DNA of 64,000 nt from Carcharhinus longimanus. Its lineage: Eukaryota. The DNA is taken from assembly GCA_030264375.1 (NCBI GenBank), contig JASCQW010000061.1, positions 84,627,343 through 84,691,342 on the forward strand, read 5' to 3'. The notes below the pieces were generated by a model. The model had not been told where the DNA came from. It was given only the letters and a program-made list of their open reading frames with translations, and searched no databases. Positions 37,376 to 48,717 of this stretch are shown one piece after another. The stretch's first letter is position 1. Every line of letters starts with the position of its first letter. A program made the translations under genes and the position numbers.

Positions 37376-38088
37376 TATTATAGTTCACGTCAGAAACTCC
37401 AAAGTGCTTTATGAAGCTCACCTGAATCATAAGTTTTGCATCTTGAATTTGGCTAGGATAAGCATGAGGTGCTTCACTTCAGATATAATTTATGTGATCC
37501 AATAGGGAGCTTTTATCAAACAAAGTTTATTTAAGAATACAGTTAACATGTATAATAAGAAAATTAGCAAGAACTTTTATCAATTACAAACAAGAAACAA
37601 AACAACCACTATAATGTATAACTCTTGATGAATATCTCTAATGTGTTCCAGTTAAAACGAAAACCCACAGACAACAAAAACACTTTTCACAGGTTTAACA
37701 CAGCACAGACTACTGCTCACATGATAATGGAAATTTGGGTCTCTTGGTTGAAATCTGCAGTTGTCTGGATTCACTCCAAACCATTTGAAGAGAGACTCTG
37801 GTCCAGCCTCCAACAACAGCAAACTTTCATCCTTCAGGGAAACAAGATCTTGTTTTCAGCTAGCCACCAGAATTTTCAAAACAACCTGGAGAAAGGGAAA
37901 ACATTTCTTCTTAGCTTGCTGCCCCTTCTAAAACTCCAACTCTAACTTGCAGTTTCAAACTGAAATGGAAAACCAATCCTTCTCATTTGATCTGTCCACA
38001 GTTTTTTTTCTTCCTCCCAACAATGATGTCACCTAAGGCTGTGAGCATGATTTTTAAAAAAAATTCTTAAAGGTATTCTAACATCACA
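37376..38088 (-). mobile_element. Solo LTR (about 710 bp)
   Basis: Minus strand starts TGTGATGTTAGAATACCTTTAAG, has AATAAA at 37531-37526 and ends ...GAACTATAATA (CA decayed); flanks GAGG/GAGA. Confidence 0.6.
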
Positions 38089-38094
38089 GAGAAG

Positions 38095-38345
38095 CTCATC
38101 TAGGATTGCTGTACCTGGTGCAACCAAATACAAAATGGAGGGGCTTTCTTCAAAAGGAAGCATATTCCAGAGGCGGAGAGGAAACCCGGAGCCAGCGACT
38201 TGTCCAAAACTCAATCAAATGTGATATCCTGTCCTATTTGCGGCAGAACCTTCCAGGTGGAGATCGGCAATGGCCATACGTAGTCACCTACGTATTTATC
38301 TGAACCCGACAGAAACAGCCCTGATGATGAAGATGGTCACCTTCA
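38095..38345 (+). mobile_element. RTE-clade LINE 3' fragment
   Basis: Translates VISCPICGRTFQVEIG...SHLR, matching the C-terminal zinc-finger motif of RTE ORFs. Confidence 0.6.
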
Positions 38346-40271
38346 CCTCAAAGGACAATGTGAGGAGAATTTAAAATTGGGTTGTGGGTGGTCAGTGGAA
38401 TGATTTAAAATCATCCAAAAACACATCATCTTATAGAGCCTTAAGGCTCCTATCACACAAAGACATTGATTTCATGTGTTTTTTTAATTATCACCTGTCT
38501 AGTTTTATAGCCTGAGAATGACTGGGAAAGAATATCTAATCTGAATCNNNNNNNNNNNNNNNNNNNNNNNNNNNNNNNNNNNNNNNNNNNNNNNNNCTTC
38601 CTATAACACTACTTGTAAATCGTTTTTTATCTTAGATGTTTCCCTGATAGTTACGCTCCATATTTAAATAATCTTTAGACAGTATTTCTGCACTGCTTTG
38701 AGATTCCTTGCACCTGCAGTTAGTTTCAGTTTGGTCGTACTATACTAAAGGGATTATCATACAATTACGTTACACAGTGTTTATAAAACTCTAACAAGCC
38801 ATTCAACTCGACTGGTCCATGTTCATGCTCCATACGCATCTTCCCCATTGAATCCTATCAACAAATCTTTCTTCCTCATACGTTTATCTATAGCCTTACC
38901 TATTCACCTCAATAACTCCTTGTGATGCCAAGTTCCACATTCTAACTGCACTGATCATATGTCACCTCTATCAAGCCCTAGAATCTCTCTCTTGCCCCAG
39001 CGAACATTTCTCTCATCCTGCACGTAACCACATATTACCTTACAGCATGTTTTCCAATAGCTCGGCAAACGTTATTCAAAGAGCTGGTATGCGCAGGATG
39101 GGCCAAATGGCTGCCTTCTCTGCTGCCTCATTCTATGATTATACAGCCTCCATCCAACCTCCTCCTCCATTTCCCAGGCTATGCAAATCACACCAATAAT
39201 ATCCGCTGTAAGAAAAATGGATTTTGAACTCTCCCTACGTTTGACCAATAATGAAGCATTTCTTCGTACATTCTATGAATTTGTGGCAATGTGATCTATG
39301 GAGCGAAACGGTGGTCAAAGATCATCAGTTCACTGTTTTTAATTAATCTTCATGAAACACGATCCAAATGAATATAAAATATATTTGCAATCTGTCATTA
39401 TTTATCTAGGATTAGTCCTTCCCGTTAACCAGATTCAATCACCAGATTTACTTGTAGTACATTTTGCCTCATGTTACACTGATTTACATTTTGACATTTT
39501 TACTTTTTTTAGTAGTTGTTTTGATACTAGGAAGCAATTAGCAATATCAAATGGAAGTGCTGAAAGCAAAGCCATCATTTTAACAAAACAAATTGATGCT
39601 GAATAATCGACTACCTGATTATACCACTCGAAGTGTACACTAAATGCAAATTTATAACTTTTTTTTAAGTGAAGCAGCGTTCTGTAATGACAGGAACTTG
39701 GGCTATATCATGTCAAGCGTGGGCAGTCGGTTAACTACACAATGAATATTGAAAATATTCCACCATGTTGTACACTCATGACAGACACCAGCAGATCCAA
39801 ATGTTATTTATAGGTTCTCAAGTGGGGATGGAATTATTATTAATGACATTCATTTATTCCAACCCCACTTGTAAGCAACATCAAAAAAAGTTTGCAGGAA
39901 AAGTTATGGAAGAGAAAAATATTTTGTTGTCCAGTGTGCTATATGACATCTGTACAACAGAGGTACTTCCTTCCAAGTTATTGGGTACAATCTCTTTTTA
40001 CTTAACGCTAAATGGATGAATTGTCATTTACAAAGGCTACCTTGCCTTCATTTCAGAACAAAAGATGCACGCAGAATCTGTACTTACAAACCATACTTTT
40101 TAAATATCTTGCAAGGGAATTGAGATAAAATTATTTTAAATGTTCTCAAATTGTTAGGAGTAGTCAGATTATATTTTGAATATTAAAGCTCAAGTATTGC
40201 TAATGACCCAATGATATAATTTTGGCTGCATAATTCTTGGTCACTTAAATATAAGAGATTTTAATTTCATT

Positions 40272-40795
40272 CTTTGATTTGATTTATTATTGTCAAATGT
40301 ATTCGTATACAGTGAAAAGTATTGTTTCTTGCACACTATACAGACAGCGTACTGTTCATAGAGCTGGAAAGGAGAGGGGAGAATAGTGTTACAGTCATAG
40401 CTAGGGTGTAGAGAAAGATCAACTTAATGTAGATGTGGGAGGAAGCTGTTCTTGAATCAGTTGTACGTGACTTCATACTTTTGCATCATTTTTCCATTGG
40501 AAGAAGGTGGAAGAGAGAATGTCCGGGGTGCATGGAATCCTTGATTATGCTGGCTGCTTTTCCGAAGTGGGAAGTATAGACAAAGTCAATGGATGGGAGG
40601 TTGGTGGATTGAGTTCATTCATCACCCTTTGTAATTTCATGCGGTCTTGGGCAGAGCAGGAGCCATACCAAGCCATACAATCAGAAAGAATGCTTGCTAT
40701 GTACATTTGTAAAAGTTGTTGAGAGTCGTAGCTGGCATACCAGATTTCCTCAGTCTTCTGAGAAAGTTGAAGCGTTGGTGGGCTTTCTTAAAATG
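40272..40795 (-). mobile_element. Rex1/Babar LINE 3' fragment
   Basis: Colinear with 63186-63835, with internal deletions. Confidence 0.8.
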
Positions 40796-40819
40796 GTGTC
40801 AGAAATTGGTGGGGGGGGG

Positions 40820-41245
40820 TGCGGTGCTCAAATTATGCTATTGGTAGTATAGTGGATTGGTAATCCAAAGGCCTGGGCAAATGATCCAAAGATTCAACTT
40901 CAAATCCCACCACAGCATCAGGGGAATTTAAATTCAGTTAATGTCCTTTATGGAAGGAAATCGGCCATGCTTACCTGGTCTAGTCTACATGTGACTCCAG
41001 GCCCACAGCAATGCAGTTGCCTCTTAACTGCCCTCTAAAATGGCCTTCAGCTCAATTCAAGGGCAATTAGGGATGAGCAATAAATGCTGGTCTAGCCAAC
41101 AACGTCCACATCTCGGGAAAGAATATAAATAATTAAATAAATCTGGAATGAAAAGCTACGATGATCATGTAACTTTCAAATTGTTTAAAACCCATCTAGA
41201 ATGGGATATCATAATGTTCTTTACCTGGCCTGGATTACATGTGAT
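40820..41245 (+). mobile_element. SINE family B with a second B copy nested inside
   Basis: Head, then core plus tail (40941-41130), then the middle and core again (41140-41245). Confidence 0.6.
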
Positions 41246-41921
41246 GCTCAACCCAAACATCTGATGGTGCAGGAAATAAATGGCCATTGTTTAATTGCCT
41301 TAACAGCCCATCTTGACTGCTAAAGTTCTCACTCTTATGGGACCAAACCGTATGTTCAATTTAAAAAAAACTTGCGTGCCCCCAAGAAACGTTAATATAT
41401 ATGCACAGATTCAGGCTGGAATTTACTTGGGGACACCACACTTTGTTATTTGTATGATCCTTGGCCACATTTTCTGGCCAGCTGGCAACATTTTGGTGAC
41501 CTCTAGGCTCCGGTTCCTTTAAAGAAAGAGAGCCTGGAGCCCAATTTCAAGAGGTGCAGGCCTGTCAGAGGAATGGCAAGCTCAGCGGTCTCAGTAGCAC
41601 CACCAGGAGATGTGGCCACTTCTGGGACTGATGCAACTGCAAGGAAGACTTGGGAGGATGTTGCTCTCTGAACAGGTAGATGAGGTTTGGGAATGCTGGG
41701 GCCAGTGAAGCAGGCATGCGGTACGATGGGCATGGTTGATGAGGGTAGTGGTGACCATTGCCACCAGGGGTTCCTCATGTTTCCGATAAGGAGGCCTTCC
41801 CCCAAGCCTAAAGGGCGGTCGTCATTGGTTCACTCTACTCTCTCTCCCTTTGTGGATCAATTGGCCTCTCAGTGAAAGGGGCATCTTTCAATTCCCCACC
41901 ACTGGTAAAATGTTATGGCAG

Positions 41922-42160
41922 TAAAAAGTCTGACAACACCAGGTTTTAGTCCAACCGATTTATTTGATAGTAAACGCACAAGCTTNNNNNNNNNNNNNNN
42001 NNNNNNNNNNNNNNNNNNNNNNNNNNNNNNNNNNNNNNNNNNNNNNNNNNNNNNNNNNNNNNNNNNNNNNNNNNNNNNNNNNNNNAAATCGGTTGGACTA
42101 AAACCTGGTGTTGTCAGACTTTTTACTGTGTTTACCCCAGTCCAACGCCGGCACATCCAC
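41922..42160. mobile_element. Penelope-like palindromic insertion (gap in the centre)
   Basis: Perfect ~43-bp inverted arms; flanking 15-bp direct repeat AAAATGTTATGGCAG (41907-41921, 42161-42175). Confidence 0.75.
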
Positions 42161-43532
42161 AAAATGTTATGGCAGCAGGAAAGTGATGGGTATTTCACTA
42201 TCTCTCTTTTACCAATTTTACCCTCAGCATCCAGCACATCCCTAAATGTGCTGAATCTGTAGCTTATTGGCAATGTAAGTTTGTCCTTTTAAGTGAGTGG
42301 AGCCACATTGCAGATGGATGCTGTTAAAATAGCCAAATGGGATGGGAATAATCACCATAATTCCCAATCATTTGAGCTATGATTCTAATCAGCATGTTCA
42401 AAGAATGGGCACAGGTTGGATTGGCTGAATGGCTGTCTCTTGTGCCATAGAATTCCATGAATTCTTCCATCATGTAACTGCATTGTGGAAACCAAGGCAT
42501 TTCAAATTCTGTGAAGTCAATATAAAGCACTCACTAGAAAGAGGTGTTTTTTTTCTAAATTTTTTTCCTTATAAAAATTGCCATGTGTGCGGCGGCAGAT
42601 GGGAGGTAAATCATCATTTTTTTTCATAGTCTTGGCACCAGTTCACCCACAATAAATAAATTATTAATATTACAAACAGTATTCACTTCTCATTACATTC
42701 AATTTTTTTTAACATTAATTGCAAAATTATACAAGAAAACCTGGCTATTGCGTAGATTAGATTTCGTATACCTCACATTCTGATACTGTCCCTGAAATAG
42801 TCAATTCCCATATTGTCATGAAGATGAAATTGTACATTTTTATTACTGAGGACTATTTTCTTCCTTTTAGAAATTAATTTCAAATCGATATTTCCAAAAA
42901 TTAAATGTTTGAAGCTAAACAGCATGAAAAAATATTTGAATTATTTCATTGAGGCCACTCTGCTTCGGAGTAGCCATAACTACAGCTGATTAAAATACAA
43001 TTAAGCTCTTCAATTTTATTTCAGTGCAGGATAGAAATGGAAATGTTGGGAGACTGAACCTTAGTCATTAGGTTATAAGCTCATAATATGCTGGCTTTGT
43101 TGGAGGGGGGAATGTGGTTTGGGGTGGCAGTGGAGGATAGGCTTGTATTCATTCAATACTGCTCATAATTGAGGTTTAAAAATTTATGCAAGCTACCTTT
43201 CTAAGCATGTTTGCTGTCTGTCGGCATAAATGGGTCACTGTCATAAAGCGCAGTACATGCTGGGCTTTGTGACCCATCATATCATTTTGCTGCTCTTTAC
43301 GTTACACATGCCTGTGCACCTGTTGGAACATTCATAGCTCTTTTTTTCAATCTTCCACCAAAAGAAGGCAGGTTGAGTGGCATATTGTGACTTCGCAAAG
43401 ATTGCATTTTTTGAATTAAAGACTGGAGTTGCAAAAAAAACTGATGGAATAAACTAAAGGGATTATTGTACTCGAAGCTGTTGTATGGATAGTGAACTTT
43501 TCATGGAGAAAGACATATTGATCAATGGTAAG

Positions 43533-43830
43533 CAGGGCAGCACTGCTGCCTCACTGCATCAGAGAGCCTGGTTCAATTCCTGGCTCGGGTCCCTGTCTGT
43601 TGTGAGCCTGCACATTCTCCCTGTGTCTGCATGGGTTTCCTCTGGATTTACTGGTTTCCCCTCTCAGTCTAAAAGATGTGCTAGTTAGGTGCATTGCCAT
43701 GCTAAATTCTCCCTCAGCGTACTTGAACATGCACCAAGTGTGATGACTAGGGGATTTTCACAGTAACTTCATTGCAGTGTAAATATTAGCCTACTTGTGA
43801 CACTAATAAATAGACTTTTTAAAACTAAAA
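43533..43830 (+). mobile_element. V-SINE, alternative-tail subfamily
   Basis: GCACTGCTGCCTCAC, V-domain, tail GGGATTTTCACAGTAACTTCATTGCAG...CTACTTGTGACACTAATAAA. Confidence 0.85.
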
Positions 43831-43904
43831 ACTATTCCATGGAACTTACAGTGATGAAAGACTTATTTAAAACTTGCATNNNNNNNNNNNNNNTCTGATG
43901 TCTC

Positions 43905-45100
43905 ATAATGTTTGAGGAGGTAACAAGGAAGTTGGATAATGGAGAACCAGTGGATGTGATTTATTTAGATTTCTAGAAGGCCTTTGACAAGGTGCTGCAA
44001 AGGAGATTGTTAAATAAGTTAGGTGCCCATGATGTTAAGGGTAAGATCTTGGCATGGATAGAGGATTGGCTGATTGGCAGAAGGCAGAGAGTGGCGAGAA
44101 AGGGGTCTTTCTCAGGATGGCAGGCAGTGATGAGTGGTGTGCCTCAGGGGTTGGTGCTGGGACCACAACTTTTCACACTATACATTAAGGATTTGGAGGA
44201 AGGAACTAAAGGCATTGTTGCTAAGTCTGCAGATGATACAAAAATATGTAGAGGGACAGGTAGTGTTGAGGAAGTGGGGGGGTTGCAGTAATACTTGAAC
44301 AGGTTAGGAGATTGGGCAAAAATATGGCAGATGGAAAACAATGTGGAAAAGTGTGACTTAGGAATGGAGGCATAGACTATTTTCTAAATGGAAAAATGCT
44401 TACGAAATCAGAAACACAAAGGGACTTGGGAGTCATTGTTCAAGATTTTCTTAAGGTTAACGTACAGGTTCAGTCGGCAGTTAGGACAGCAAATGTACTG
44501 TTAGCATTCATGTCAAGAAGGCTAGAAGACAAGAGCAGGGATGTACTTCTGAGGCTGTAAAAGGATCTGGTCAGTCCCCATTTGGAGTATTGCGAGATGT
44601 TTTGGGCCCCATATCTAAGGAAGGGTGTACTGGGCTTGGAAAGAGTCCAGAGGAGGTTCACAAGAATGATCCCTGGAATGAAGAGCGTGTTGTATAAGGA
44701 ATGGTTGAGGACTCTGGGTCTGTACTTGTTGGAGTTTAGAAGGATGAGGGGGGATCTTTTTGAAACTTGTAGGATACAGCAAGGCTTAGATAAAGTGGAC
44801 GTGGAGAGGATGTTTCCACTGGTAGGAAAAACTAGAACCAGAGGGCACAACCTCAGGCTAAAGGGACAATCCTTTAAAACAGATGAGGAATTTCTTCAGC
44901 CAGAGGGTGGTGAATCTATGGAACTCTTTGTTGCAGAAGAGGCCAGGTCATTGAGTGTCTTTAAGACAGTGATGGATAGGTTCCTGATTAATAAGGGGAT
45001 CAGGGATTATGGGGATGAGAAAAATATCAGCCATGATTGAATGGCGGAGCAGACTCGATGGGCCATGTGGCCTAACTTTGCTCCATGTTTTATGGTCTGT
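43905..45100 (+). pseudogene. CR1 LINE, 5'-truncated; decayed reverse transcriptase ORF2 plus 3' UTR
   Basis: DVIYLDF*KAFDKV, SGVPQGLVLGP, KSADDTK (FADD motif altered), LERVQRRFTRMIPGMK; contains stops and frameshifts. Confidence 0.92.
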
Positions 45101-45209
45101 GTACCAAGTGACTGGCATATTTGCTCACGTAGCAATTGCCACGGGATGTTAGAGTAATTTGTTGCATGTTATGCATTTTATAACATCCCTGAGACTTGAT
45201 AGAGCACTA

Positions 45210-45560
45210 TAGAAACATAAAACATTACAGCACAGTGCAGGCCCTTCAGCCCTCAGTGTTGTGCCGAGCTATGTCCAATCCCAATATCAAGCTATCCCCT
45301 CCCTATAATTCTGGTGTGCTCCATGTGCCTATCCAATAACCACTTGAAAGTTCCGAAAGTGTCCGATTCCACTATCATAGCAGACAGTCTATTCCACACC
45401 CCAACCACTCTGAGTAAAGAATCTATCTCGGACATCCCTCCTATATCTCCTACCACGAACCTTATAGTTATCCCCCTAGTAATAGCTCCATCCACCCGAG
45501 GAAATAGTCTCTGCACGTCCATTCTATCTGTCCCTCTCATCATCTTATAAACCTCTATTA
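45210..45560 (-). mobile_element. CR1 LINE 3' fragment
   Basis: Minus translation LIEVYKMMRGTDRMDVQRLFP...RVVGVWNRL...TFKWLLDRHM. Confidence 0.85.
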
Positions 45561-45845
45561 GAAATGTGAAACATAGAAATCTGTTCATTCTCTGTGGGCC
45601 ACAACTCAAACTGACCAGACTTATCTGTACAATGTAAGAAAACTACATTGGCTATAAAGCATTTTGGAATATCTGACATTGTGCGGGGTGTATATTAATG
45701 CAAGACTTTCTTTGTTTTTGAGCGTGATTTCTGCAAATCTTCTATTAATGATTCTGTGAGGATCAACGTTCTTTTGGCTCTAGGGTTTTCATGGTTTGAG
45801 AAGGATATTTTATTTATTTAGTGTGCCTATAGTCACGTAATCAAG

Positions 45846-46105
45846 GGGAGGTGATGGCCTAGTGGTATTATTCTTAGACTATTAATCAAGCAACTCAGCT
45901 AATGTTCTGGGGGACCTCGGTCCGAATCCTGGCACAGCAGATGGTGGAATTTGAATTCAATAAAAAATACCTGGAATTAAGAATCTACTGATGACCCATT
46001 GTGAGCAAAACCCATCTGGTTCCCTTTAGGGAAGGAAATCTGCCGTCCTTACCCTGGTCTGGCCTACGTGTGACTCCAGAGCCACAACAATGTGGTTGAC
46101 TCTCA
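45846..46105 (+). mobile_element. SINE family B (cut by a gap)
   Basis: Colinear with 5170-5450. Confidence 0.85.
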
Positions 46106-46206
46106 ANNNNNNNNNNNNNNNNNNNNNNNNNNNNNNNNNNNNNNNNNNNNNNNNNNNNNNNNNNNNNNNNNNNNNNNNNNNNNNNNNNNNNNNNNNNNNN
46201 NNNNNN

Positions 46207-46446
46207 GGAATTTCTTCAGCCAGAGAGTGGTGCATCTGTGAAACTCTTTGCTGCAGAAGGCTGTGGGGACCAGGTCATTGAGTGTCTTTAAGACGGAGAT
46301 AGATAGGTTCTTGATTAATAAGGGGATCAAGGGTAATGGGGAGAAGGCTGGAGAATGGGGATGAGAATCATATCAGCCATGATTGAATGGCAGAGCAGAC
46401 TGGAAAGGGCTGAGTGGCCTCATTCTGCTCCTATGTCTTATGGTTT
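46207..46446 (+). mobile_element. CR1 LINE 3' end
   Basis: Closely similar to 44887-45100. Confidence 0.85.
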
Positions 46447-46449
46447 ATA

Positions 46450-46730
46450 ACCAGTGAGGTACTTTTGAAGTGTAGTCACTTTGTTATGTAGGATCTGGCA
46501 ACCAATTTGCACACACCACACTCCCACAAACAGCACCATGATAATGGCCAGATAATTTGTTTCTGTGGTGTTGATTGATTAAACAATAAACATTCGCCAG
46601 GAAAAAGGAATGGAGGAATGGGGGAGGGATAACTCCCATGGTTGTCATCAAAATAGTGCCATGGGATCATTTGACGTCTCCATCTGAGAAAGCAGAAGAG
46701 GTCTTGGTTTTACATCTTATGTGAGAGATA
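46450..46730 (-). mobile_element. DeuSINE fragment
   Basis: ACTTTTGAAGTGTAGTCAC...CTCCCACAAACAGCA...AAAATAGTGCCATGGGATC. Confidence 0.7.
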
Positions 46731-48624
46731 GGTTATAATGTAATGGAGATTTGCACTGTTTGAATTTAATTCAATTTTATCCAGTGCAAACCATTTTTAG
46801 CTTAAAATTAATTAGTACCGTGTAAGTTTAATGTAACTAATNNNNNNNNNNNNNNNNNNNNNNNNNNNNNNNNNNATACAAGAGCTGTGAAAGCTGGTTT
46901 CTAATTAGCCAAATTTATTTTTTTAAATTGTCTCAAACCCGTTTCTATTGACATGTTGCTTTTCAAGGTGTAATGAAGTTGGGAATTATCATATTGGTTT
47001 ATTAATTAATTCTAAGTTTGGATACACTGGGGCTAATTTCAACTTTAAGTGAAAGTATAAAACGGGTGACTTTGGTTTAGTTGCCCACTATGCATCGCTC
47101 AGTATTTTAATTTATATTGACTTCAGATGACTTTGATAAGAAAATTAGTAACACTGATTTACACTAAACACATTTTCTTTAAAGGATAAGCATTCACTCA
47201 TTCTCATGTCACTGGCATGGTAAGCAAGGTGAAAAACTCTGTTACTGACCAATTAGCGCCTCATTTGAAATACTAAAAATTAGTATATAACCGTTTATCA
47301 GCCATTTCATTTAAGTTCCAGAAGAAAGTGTAAAATGTTAATATATTTATAAAATGTACTGTTGAATTTTCATGCTGTTTTATAGCTTTCACTGAGTGAA
47401 GTCTGCTATAAATGTGGAAAATTCCATTCTGTTTGAGACTGATCATCTAGTTATATTTTTAGCGCACATAATAAGGACTTCAATCCAAACAGAAAGGAGA
47501 CTGCAATAGACTTTGATATTGCTCTGACAACAATCAGCTGCTGGATTAGTGTACGTAGCCTTAATAATTAATCAAATGTTGTAATATATAATGTATTTGT
47601 AATATATAATGGGAAGTTCTTTTTTAACATAGGCAATAGGAGCAAAAGGAAACCATTTGACCTTTCGAGCCTGCTCCACCATTCATCACGATCATGGCTG
47701 ATCGTCCAACTCAATAGCGTAATCCTGCTTTCTTCCCATAACCTTTGATCCCATTCGCCCCAAGTGCTATATCTAGCCCCTTCTTGAATACATTACACAG
47801 TATCTGGCAACTGTTTGCCATGATTGGATGCTTTGTTTTCATAAAAAGTTGCAGATATATTCTACGCTTGTACCTTTATCTAGGACCTAACAGTATTTGG
47901 AAACCAAAGGGCAAGTCATTTTTCAATTTGAAGTTGCTGAGAAGGCAGCACATAGTGCCGACTTGAATGAGGGATTGATGAAGCATATACTGAGATGATG
48001 ATCTGTGAATTTCCTGAAGACTTGCGCTGAGGCGAGAGCTTCATGTTTATTTTATTTTGTGCAGACAATCAAGGAAATTTGTACCTCTTTTCATGTTGTG
48101 CCTGAATTTCCTTTGTTTTTTTAATGCTGATTCTGCGAAACCTTTGCTGGAGTCCTCTGCCTCTCGTTAACTCCCCCTCCCACCCCATGCAAAAGTGCAG
48201 AATTCCTGACTTTGCATCAGTTCTGAGCATGAATCCAAGCCTCAATATTGTGCTGAGGGAATTTCGGAATAAATTGCGAGTGTGAGATTTGACTGTTTCA
48301 GGAAATTCCGTCATAGCTCTGAAATTTTCTTCTTATTTCCGTAGAGTTGCCACTCCTCCCCTTGTAGTTGCCAATGGCTTACAAGTGCGGAGGTGTTGGG
48401 CCACAAAATTTGTCTTGAATGTTTTCATTGCCACTTAGTTATAGAAAGATAGAACCTGCATTTCTACAGCACCTTTGTTCAGAGCATCCCAAGGCTCTTT
48501 AGTGGACAAGAAGAGATGAAACCTGCCCCTAATAGAGGCAAGCCAGTGTGATTTTCAGGTAGTGTTACTACTTGTGGAACTCGCTATTTTCATTTTTTTT
48601 TACAAATAGTCAAAATATTGATAA

Positions 48625-48717
48625 TTAAAAGGAAAACACTGTGGATATGAAAAACAGAAAAGACTAGAAATAATCAGCAGGTCAGGCAGCATCTCCAGAG
48701 TGAGAAACAGAGGCTAA
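48625..48717 (-). mobile_element. Penelope-like end, interrupted; resumes at 49926-49955
   Basis: CAGCAGGTCAGGCAGCATCT...GAAACAGAGGCTAA | AACATTTCAAGTCGATGGCCCTT. Confidence 0.55.

Noticed and set aside
43905-45100. Active or domesticated reverse transcriptase
   Set aside because: 5'-truncated, with in-frame stops, frameshifts and an altered catalytic motif (SADD).
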